Virus record (IMG/VR): IMGVR_UViG_3300021091_000020
Span: 32,001 to 96,000 of that record
Origin: a virus
Strand: one strand, 5' to 3'
DNA length: 64,000 bases
Shown: piece after piece, positions 59,101-64,000 of the stretch
How the letters are laid out: the number at the start of each line of letters is the position of its first letter
Numbering within the stretch: position 1 is the first letter of the stretch
Position numbers and translations under genes: made by a program
Notes under the pieces: model-generated
Database searches by the model: none
What the model saw: only the letters and a program-made list of their open reading frames with translations
Told to the model about the DNA's origin: nothing

Positions 59101-59119
59101 TTAAATCTAACAAAGACAT
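50180..59119 (-). CDS. Giant baseplate/tail-tube initiator-like protein with about 20 internal repeats
   Basis: C-terminal FRAIFDSITDNHKPSW..KYMGRGDPLYTYDGYERDVSFNF...RLNIGN..PGYI..LSY resembles the tube-initiator (gp48/gp54/gpU-like) fold. Lies between the tape measure and LysM genes. Confidence 0.6.
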   Translation of the reverse strand: MSLLDLKSDLSKYRAETSIEEKEGPQTSVAKSSKGFATNQPITDRLLTSIPEIKKPKQTPIDERLKKSKLDDIVRKDFDDMMLNSVSGLSPKNIDVDTYSLGRSTIENVTSKFGEIKQEEIVNNLNSSNTLIIKTERGTNNNQSGINPEIFKQTVDRIQQTPNILTDNNEETNNIIIPEIKIDGKPLTINREKQSVVINKNLFSPINNVVNPNIALNTVFKPSNKENTTPNIIKDTIKEGLVTDPKTKVFRIQSGTNHFTDESELNPKGKTIEFVSNSMLESRRPIQEPDLLRYSRETIQDKDNSIYNVDDVIKTNPSGRNENPTKSLYSFNNPTGVNNFDDRFFRGFSINQKSTDLVNKFSSIFGWPGIKKTAPSVDFIIDEHAKGFKTFAQPRETLYNTDTSDYSFVTVRNVNFFDVTNQHTNAGFTLFASALTSNYIDNISRFTWKGKKPLAPNVNYFDFNKEKSNAGFHTFAQIYDTKYINQSSIYDWDGKRTKSPEVNFFDINSTYTKKGFHKLADIYDSKYVRGASIFDWDGKRKNAPAVNYFDVDLKNATTGFHVFAQKYDSKFVKDSSEFDWDGIGVNAPAINYFDINGRFTSTGFHTFAQIYDTKYIPERSRFDWNGERRKAPAVNYFDLSKDFTTTGFHTFARKYDSKYIPERSFFDWDGTRDKAPAVNYFDLYAENTTTGFHTFAQLYDTKFIEETSRFDWDGNRIDAPTVNYFDVAGTNRTTSEFPSGFVPKTTAGFHKFAQIYDTKYVRGSSIYDWDGDKQVAPAVNYFDVAGTSRTATEQNSLLAQFNVPRSFIANTIGGFHTFPQKYDTKYITESSEYNWDGSRDKAPVVNYFDIAQTNRTTSEFTNGFISFTTAGFHKFAQLYDTKYIRNSSRYDWDGKPDRKNFTNPIPVDYFDNPNANARRFGTQFIINTPNDYRDGIMTVGIKDKFIAKTFGGFHIFAQLYDSKYIPESSRFDWDGTKYKAPAVDYFDTAKTNRTTSELNSILINPNIPRQFYATTTAGFHIFAQKYDTKYIKYASLYDWDGVPDKTNFRNPIPVDYFDTLESNRTTSEANSLLAAFNRPKDFIAKTTAGFHIFAQKYDTKYIKDSSLYDWDGRADRTNFTNPIGVDFFDAFRSINRYRARFNVGDNNFLDNPGTTQNYEAYNLRSPIGGFSFLKTIGTKDAYIKKTLSGFDIFAEHYISKYIPGASRFDWDGTRDKAPAVDYFDSARGRDAFIRFNLGGGDYLRGIQVMASKYPAFTTVGGVQRRFDFKIEGVTYAGFHTFAQKYDTQYIMNTDQYGWVGNVDRLTFKNPLPVNFFDNPSMRMVEGLGSSSDNIDGNSKPGTTNATPVVINGQLNNNSSQINPGSILHQLGMVGNKDPYIHKTTAGFHILAKIYDSKYVPDSSIFDYDGTKLNAPAVNYFDKNNLFTRSGFHTFALGLDSKYIEDSSYFDWNGIRTNAPAVTFFPQIEPKTDHARKIVLFSIQNSPNVQIGRAGVNPPELFRKEGLDPGFRTFFINKTQTAYSPYLSELSVLATADPYTDFFPAPNGFSYPTDFDKSGRDPGRLGNASGLVQGIRGFVPFLGTLNRPTFDQNEQNLQTTRFLLRLMNRLGVGNQYYDSTLGSKYSFTDAKQKYTRFFSFFSNTTKSIRPGNTYPFKQSDGFLPFMTLFYGTKYPIIMPTIENYSEILRANNVNSDQRFVREALVSQVVYSVAHGHKQGTLSTLDNGSEQEFLNTYLPDSLGKRPWSSKMGNLLFATMANQYPQYTSDKTNRFYGYRRPTTYFTDLQGDNANSQKFIGGPYEQQLKNGWWAQPIDNDEAALKNITNDGSGGRYENITNQIGFSVQDDSSANLVRRYGFLGRWAIKSGALEKEYNKFDLRKDSYNPDLIWDQPYYTSNIGANWGWGVLSCGRNSPSTLLDRSLADLQRIGKWMTSGKGLLWIVKQFGLQFMNPYMDSWNEPFDVFQTRSSTDSGPNRQTYTLGNSVLPGFGDGSSNPDQVRSTDPNIFMPSPTMLYNPFSTIISAVGKGIGLHWQRHWGSTGFGFNGVMQQPPNYRELLFTTQYSVAAGQGDPVSTTDANNNLAYRPTLGNITGNPNQRQNVPQDLNRGYEAQTTYRNKTGFIDQNIAGINYLKRSFHRRLNGDWMIPAEENPNWNAVRADHDLDMDSSISGRQSAGNQLSQGTAEALDYFEEPTRRNAITRQRRYNRLIGLMKELLPQSFAPILLRAPNVETQGFDNSMEYDVAGGGFDFSDISTQYSGPAQSANTTATYTNPGNPVTVPQSVDPISELRVKSSNSLKSTHRQRLTDGEIIRISSTFGGASSFLGIGGTVISKSRHKLIGTYSTHGPELTQDGILEGKQRETFFAIDFYSTYKDRLLKVQNALRSTSTVPQNELGGDLYAITTGLATKNKDRLNGIFDVHGIYEPNDPQHPFRGENVTIQPITTRKINAMDTFNFPYESSQNRLRNTTVQEITSGRGSANTTMDTINANINNIAIDNVKHFKTSPWYSKNRFGSTSPASSRPPIPATRINPGVNYFNPSWTPNRSEKWNDFRWDIDDFDATNVGAASPRNTTVWPTVMAFKFSTHPAVVDYDQNNLETKFGLGKHGDPGSDRGNPRVTNIIYEKVQTAIMGPLFTPALVAGATGRGVAFRTFPVPIVKAAAAGAPPYQFRGDRINIIDYKRANVALNHELVYEKGAFDNINNPGKDDLIEFYFSSIVLDGHNYCPAEVIVFRAIFDSITDNHKPSWSAVKYMGRGDPLYTYDGYERDVSFNFTVHIGSRDEAKASWRKLNYLAGWTAPEYTSAGFIRAPLCRLNIGNLFRKMPGYISNLSYTFDNANGTWETAHLEGDRYNVATDASIVAESAPGALQLPKTIQVSVGFVPIGVYRPERYGVFYPLYDDRMGGGSIETGLIPDASMGTPRVNWFNPFDNIAMPGPAANPTATATSTTIAGGDQDAIEYMAVAPGEEGAIPAAALTATGAP
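54570..58120 (-). repeat. Tandem 44-aa (132-bp) coding repeat with variable insertions
   Basis: Unit APAVNYFD-x-T(T/A)GFH.FAQ.YD(T/S)KY...SS.(F/Y)DWDG; the DWDG codons recur at 132-nt spacing between about 56980 and 57640. Confidence 0.9.
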
Positions 59120-59138
59120 TAGTTTTCCTATTATTTCA

Positions 59139-59147
59139 TATAAATAT
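59139..59147 (-). promoter_or_regulatory. ATATTTATA motif (putative late promoter)
   Basis: Exact motif about 19 nt upstream of the 59119 start. Confidence 0.5.
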
Positions 59148-59166
59148 GATATAGTTGAAAATGTTA

Positions 59167-62100
59167 TTACATAGAACGACCATATGTATTATCTGTACCA
59201 ATTTGATATGTTTTCTTAAAATCACCCTTTCCATTTATTTCCTCTACCGTTTTGTCACCAATCTGAATTATAGTTGGTGTACTTGCCATTGAAGATATAA
59301 TTGATATAAGTTGATCCATTTTTTGTTCCAACCCACCACCGCCACCAGCAGTTGCACCACCTGCACCGGGTGCACCGGCTGCTCCACCTGCACCAGCTGT
59401 TCCAACTGCTTCGGTTGTTTGTCCAACTGTTGATATTCCACCGGCTTTTGCAGGAGAGGCGGAAGCGCCACCCTTTTCTTCCCCACCGCCACCAAACAAA
59501 GAACCTATACTACTTACAATCGAACCTATTTTACTTCCACCACTGGCTTTATCAACAGCAGACATTACTTCTTCTAATTTATCAAAGTTTACATTTTGGA
59601 GTGTGTTTGAAAGCATTGTCATGGCAGCAGAAAGTTCTACAATTGCCTTAGCTATACCAGATAATTTTTCTGGCTGAATGTCTTTCATTATAGTTTGTAA
59701 TTGACTTAATGGACTTTCACCACCTAATAGTCCACCGATTGCATTTCCTATACCGTCTGCAATAGCACCTGCACCGGAACCACCACCAAAACCAGCGAGA
59801 GCGAGACCTAAAGCAGTTATACCACCGGCAATTTTTAATAAGTTATCCCCATCAAGTGTTGTTAGTCCCATCAACTTATCAATAACTTGTGATATACCAC
59901 CTGCAACTGCTTCTATTATTTTAACAATTGCATCACCAATTGTTGTTATTATAGAGTTTATACCTTCAAATGCAACTTGCATTAAAGGAACAACCTCTTT
60001 CATTGCCTTCCCTAATACCCACATAGCACCTGCAAAGACTATCAATGCCAATCCTAAAACAGCCAATACACCCGCACCAACTAAAAATACAGGAGCAAAT
60101 GAACCCAATAAAGCAGCAACACCAACTAATGCTAAAAGTGCAACACCGGCTTTTGCCATATCTTCCCACGATATTGACATAAATAATTGTAATGCCGCAC
60201 CGATTACATAAAGAGCGGCACCAAGAATTAACATAGCAGCTGCACCTTTTATCATATCTTCTTTTACTTTACCTATCAGGTAAGCAACACCAGCCAAACC
60301 TAATAATGCAACACCGGCTTTTGCCATGGCAGCCCAATCTACTTTCATAAATTCTTGAACAGCTTTAGCAGTTACCCAAAGAGCTGCAGCGACTACCAAC
60401 AATGCAGCTGCACCCATTAACATTTTTTTAGCATCCATTTTATTAAATGCCTCTACCAATGAGTCTAAAAATCCACCACCACCTTTAGCAGCTTTTCCAC
60501 CTGGCATTTTTGGTGTCTTTGGTGCCTTACCTTTTTTGCCACCAAGTCCTAATAGTTTTTTACCCATGTCACCTGCTGCATCTTTTATTTTATCTTCTAT
60601 TTTTTCTTTAACTATATTTCCAAAGTCTGATGCCTTTTCCTTTAGCATATCAAGACCTTTACCGATAGCAGCTTTACCAGCAAATAATCCGCCAAGCAAG
60701 GTAACTGATTTTAATATACCACCGAAACCGGCTTCACTTGATTCTGCAGCTTTACCGGCTTCCGTTATACCACCGGTTATATTTTGTGTTTTATCCTCTA
60801 CACCACCAAAAAAACCTAAAACTGATGATACAGGTCCTATTAATGTTGATAATGCACCAAAAAGAGTTTTAACGATTGGAATAATACCCTTTATTACACC
60901 AGAAACAGATTCAACTATATTATCAAAATCGCCACCTGCATCAGCGGCATCCAACATACCGTGTACCATTTCGAGTATTGGTGTTAATAATTTTGATAGT
61001 TTCTCTTGTAGTTTTTGAACAATATTTGCCATTTTTTCTTTAATAGCAGCAGATTCTTTTTCTTTTGCCATTTTTTCTATTTCGGCCTTTAATGCACCGT
61101 CTGCCGTTTCACCTGCAATTTTTTTCAGTTCTTCAGCGTTTTTGGCTTGTAATTCATCCATTCTTTGTTGAGACACACCCAATTTTTGTAGTTTATCTGC
61201 ATTTGTAAGCATAGTAGTCATTTCTTCAACAGACATACCCATAGCATCTGCCATTGCCTTTTGTTGAATACGATTCATCTTTGTGAAATCTTCAAGACCA
61301 CCTGCTTGTTTTAACAATTCATCTTGTAATCCAGCAATATCACCATTCAATGCAAGTTCACGTGCTTTGTCCAATTGAAGATTTTTACCAGTCAATACAC
61401 GGGCTTCCATTTCTTTTTCAAGTGATTGTTCAATATCGAGCATACCATCACCAATATCTTGAACTTTTTTCAAATCGTGACCAAGTAATTTTGCCTTTTG
61501 AGCAGCAGCTGCAAGTGCAGACGGTATACCTTTGAATGCAACTGCAACTTCTTTTGGAACACTAGCAAGTGCTTTCATGGCCTGTTTGCTTGTCATCAAT
61601 CCACCACCCATTTTAGCAGCAGTTCCTGCAAGTTCACCCATACTTTTACCAGTTATAGATGAAAGACTGTGCATAGATTCTACTTCTTCTTTGGACATTT
61701 GGAATTTTTCTGTAAGTAATGTTGCATCTTTTACAAGTTGTTTTGCTGCAGGATTTCCACTGGCAAGTTGAGCACCAATATCTAATCCACCCATCATATC
61801 GGAAACCATACCAATATTTTTAACAACTTCTTTTGAATTTACTCCAACAACTTTCATTTCACCGGCTATATCTACTGATGTATCTCGTAAGGCCGCTGCT
61901 TCTTTTCTGGTGTACCCAAAATCTTTACCTATATCAGCTACTTCTTCATCCACTGCACTAAATGCACCTATTAAGAAATTAACTGCACCGGTTAATAATC
62001 CTATACCCAACCCAGCCATCAATTTTGGTGCCATTGAAATCATACTACCCAATGCGGAACCTGCATCCTTAAATGCCTCGGCAGGACTATTTTTACCTTT

Positions 62101-63072
62101 TATAGCACCTAATGCTGAAGTAAATGCGGTAGACATTTTTTTGTTTACATTATTTGCCGCTTTATCTATACCCAACGCATTTGTTATAGCATCTCCACCT
62201 GGAAGTTTTTTTACCCATCCCCCCATTGTATCACCAACTTTACTACTTGCCGTATTCAAAGTTGCCATACTATCATTTTGTTCTTTTATCTTTGCATTAG
62301 CAACATCAAGTTGAGTAACTTTATCTAACATTATAGCAAGTGAATCAAGTTGTAATTTTTTTCCTTCACTTGTTAGGTTATTGTTTCCATGTTCTATCTC
62401 ATACATTCTTACAAGAATTGCCTCTCTTGTTTTATCTGTATCAACAATAGTTGCCTTACCTTTTAATGCATCAGCCGATGATTTTAGCATTGCAGTTTCG
62501 AGTCTTTCTACATCTGAAGCAATATCTACTGTTTCTGCAAGTTCATCTTTAAAGTCTGCACCATATGTTGAAAGATCACGAGTACCAATTCCACCTCGTT
62601 CAAGAGTTTTAACCATTTTCTCTGCAACATTTACAGTCAAACCTATGTTTTCGGCATTTTTTCTTGCTTCTTCCGGAAGTGTTGATAATATGGCTTGTGT
62701 TTTGAAAGATGTTTTACCAAAATCATCCATAATAGTTTGACCGGTAGACAATTTTTGGAGGTAATCATCTGCTAAATTTACTTGTCCCTCTAATCCCTTT
62801 GTAGCATAATCTTGTGCTTTTTTTGCAGATTCAGTTCTTTTTTCAGTATCTTTGTCTATCTTTTCAATTTTTTTGCGTATTTCTTCTTCTTTCTCTACGC
62901 TATCAAGGCGCAAAGTTTCCAGTTTTATTATTTTTTCTAGATTAGCAACAGACTTTTGTTCTGTTGATTCAATCTTATTTTTTAAATCAAGAATAGCCGC
63001 TTCAATTTTTTTTCGTTCTTCGGATATGACGCGTATCTGTTCTTCTAATTTTTTTTCATTTTCCGATGCCAT
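59167..63072 (-). CDS. Tail tape measure protein
   Basis: 1301 aa, helical and Ala/Gly-rich, with hydrophobic W..MAKAGVALL repeats; downstream of the chaperone-like pair and upstream of the baseplate genes. Confidence 0.85.
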   Translation of the reverse strand: MASENEKKLEEQIRVISEERKKIEAAILDLKNKIESTEQKSVANLEKIIKLETLRLDSVEKEEEIRKKIEKIDKDTEKRTESAKKAQDYATKGLEGQVNLADDYLQKLSTGQTIMDDFGKTSFKTQAILSTLPEEARKNAENIGLTVNVAEKMVKTLERGGIGTRDLSTYGADFKDELAETVDIASDVERLETAMLKSSADALKGKATIVDTDKTREAILVRMYEIEHGNNNLTSEGKKLQLDSLAIMLDKVTQLDVANAKIKEQNDSMATLNTASSKVGDTMGGWVKKLPGGDAITNALGIDKAANNVNKKMSTAFTSALGAIKGKNSPAEAFKDAGSALGSMISMAPKLMAGLGIGLLTGAVNFLIGAFSAVDEEVADIGKDFGYTRKEAAALRDTSVDIAGEMKVVGVNSKEVVKNIGMVSDMMGGLDIGAQLASGNPAAKQLVKDATLLTEKFQMSKEEVESMHSLSSITGKSMGELAGTAAKMGGGLMTSKQAMKALASVPKEVAVAFKGIPSALAAAAQKAKLLGHDLKKVQDIGDGMLDIEQSLEKEMEARVLTGKNLQLDKARELALNGDIAGLQDELLKQAGGLEDFTKMNRIQQKAMADAMGMSVEEMTTMLTNADKLQKLGVSQQRMDELQAKNAEELKKIAGETADGALKAEIEKMAKEKESAAIKEKMANIVQKLQEKLSKLLTPILEMVHGMLDAADAGGDFDNIVESVSGVIKGIIPIVKTLFGALSTLIGPVSSVLGFFGGVEDKTQNITGGITEAGKAAESSEAGFGGILKSVTLLGGLFAGKAAIGKGLDMLKEKASDFGNIVKEKIEDKIKDAAGDMGKKLLGLGGKKGKAPKTPKMPGGKAAKGGGGFLDSLVEAFNKMDAKKMLMGAAALLVVAAALWVTAKAVQEFMKVDWAAMAKAGVALLGLAGVAYLIGKVKEDMIKGAAAMLILGAALYVIGAALQLFMSISWEDMAKAGVALLALVGVAALLGSFAPVFLVGAGVLAVLGLALIVFAGAMWVLGKAMKEVVPLMQVAFEGINSIITTIGDAIVKIIEAVAGGISQVIDKLMGLTTLDGDNLLKIAGGITALGLALAGFGGGSGAGAIADGIGNAIGGLLGGESPLSQLQTIMKDIQPEKLSGIAKAIVELSAAMTMLSNTLQNVNFDKLEEVMSAVDKASGGSKIGSIVSSIGSLFGGGGEEKGGASASPAKAGGISTVGQTTEAVGTAGAGGAAGAPGAGGATAGGGGGLEQKMDQLISIISSMASTPTIIQIGDKTVEEINGKGDFKKTYQIGTDNTYGRSM

Positions 63073-63089
63073 GACCTTCCGGATAAATT

Positions 63090-63128
63090 AAAAACAAAAT
63101 GGTCTACATACTATAAATATGTAGACCA
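63090..63128 (-). terminator. Intrinsic terminator hairpin containing the ATATTTATA motif
   Basis: TGGTCTACATA-TTTATAG-TATGTAGACCA (11-bp stem, 63100-63128) followed by TTTTGTTTTT; the motif lies at 63112-63120. Confidence 0.7.
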
Positions 63129-63133
63129 CAAAT

Positions 63134-63374
63134 TTATCTTCTTGCCGGCGGTTTACTAAATTTTGGAACTTTTGATTGAGACTTTGAAATTTCTGCTTGT
63201 TCCGCTTTATTTTTTTCATCAACCGCTTTTTGAATTTGTTTAAGATAATATCTTCTTAAATGTATTGGTAAATCGTAAACTTCACCCCAAGTAAAACCAC
63301 CTTTACCATAATAACAAACAGAAAATATTTCTTCATGTAAACCTATTTTATACTCAGGTGTTAGGCCAAAAAAA
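63134..63374 (-). CDS. gp51-like / tail chaperone C-terminal extension, probably reached by frameshift
   Basis: LHEEIF..YYGKGGFTWGEVYDLPIHLRRYYL; no ATG in the frame; overlaps the upstream gene at a T7 run. Confidence 0.6.
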
Positions 63375-64000
63375 TGACACCTCAAGCGGTATATCCATCT
63401 CCTTTACCTCACCTGTTATGTCAGAGACAAATGTGAAAGTCATATCTAAATCTGGTGAAAACTCTTTAATAAATTGTCTCAATGCTCGTGAATCAGATGC
63501 AAATAATTCGTTATCAACAAAATTATCAACGGTTGCTCTTCCACGTTCTCCATCAACTGCAACTATAACATATTTGAGTCTTGTTGTTAGTTCCTTATCA
63601 ATTCCAGTTTTAACAAGAGCTTTATTCATTGTTTTCAATTCATTCTTGATTTGTTTTTCAATATCATGTGTTAAAAGTCTGAATGTAACAGTTCTATTTG
63701 AAATTGGAAGTGTGTAATCAAATTCGGTTGCTCTGCTCTCAAATGGCGAATAATCGACCTCCTTGTGCTCAATTTGAGTTAAATCTATTGTTAGTTTTTG
63801 TTTGTTGCCGGGTGAGAATGGATCATCAATTTCTACCGTATACTCTTTACCATAACCCAAAACTCTGGCTGCAACCATAATTGCATTTTTATCACCTACA
63901 TATAAGTCACCGTAATTTATTGGAGTAACAATCAAAGACTCAAATAATTTATCTAAAACTACGCCTTGTTTTATTAAATTCTGCGAAGTTAAAATATCTT
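63354..64000 (-). CDS. gp26-like baseplate hub assembly / tail assembly chaperone (partial, start outside the window)
   Basis: Frame is open to the right edge (DILTSQNLIKQGVVLDKL...); GDKNAIMVAARVLGYG, LPIS..VTFRLLT and ends FFWPNT. Confidence 0.75.
   Translation of the reverse strand, partial: DILTSQNLIKQGVVLDKLFESLIVTPINYGDLYVGDKNAIMVAARVLGYGKEYTVEIDDPFSPGNKQKLTIDLTQIEHKEVDYSPFESRATEFDYTLPISNRTVTFRLLTHDIEKQIKNELKTMNKALVKTGIDKELTTRLKYVIVAVDGERGRATVDNFVDNELFASDSRALRQFIKEFSPDLDMTFTFVSDITGEVKEMDIPLEVSFFWPNT

Noticed and set aside
2412-63880. Numerous plus-strand ORFs in the track (e.g. 44458-45168, 60536-61018, 39620-40069)
   Set aside because: All lie antisense to well-supported minus-strand genes, show shadow-ORF composition (Ser/Ile/Phe-rich) and have no recognisable motifs.
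1-64000. Stop-codon reassignment as seen in some large phages
   Set aside because: Genes are full length under the standard code, and TAA, TGA and TAG all end genes at sensible positions.
1-64000. tRNA or other structured RNA genes
   Set aside because: Intergenic gaps are short and AT-rich, and no cloverleaf or T-loop signature was recognised by eye. A tRNAscan/Infernal run would be needed to exclude them formally.

Overview
This AT-rich window is a segment of a large T4-like (Caudoviricetes, contractile-tailed) phage genome. Essentially all real genes are on the minus strand, and the standard genetic code fits. In transcription order (right to left) there are five blocks. (1) A tail/baseplate module: gp26/gp51-like pair with a probable frameshift, tape measure, a 2979-aa repeat protein, a LysM/gp53-like protein and a hub protein. 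(2) A truncated family-A polymerase and several small proteins with a shared basic-leucine-Glu N-terminal leader. (3) A replication/recombination block (SSB, UvsX, 5'-3' exonuclease, helicase), class II ribonucleotide reductase, a nucleotidyltransferase, an Hc1-like protein, Hsp20 and a 1629-aa structural protein. (4) The replisome core (family-B polymerase, sliding clamp, clamp loader), interleaved with three amino-methyltransferase-fold paralogues and flanked by a PLP enzyme, dUTPase, an Nmad1-like protein, a Cas4-like nuclease and a T4 alpha-glucosyltransferase homologue. (5) A 13-kb island of at least 17 glycosyltransferase/methyltransferase-type genes. The strongest candidate for a new system is a replisome-coupled DNA hypermodification suite whose enzymes share a K-F-F clamp-binding-like motif with the polymerase C-terminus. 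All family assignments come from motif recognition by eye; no database search was run.
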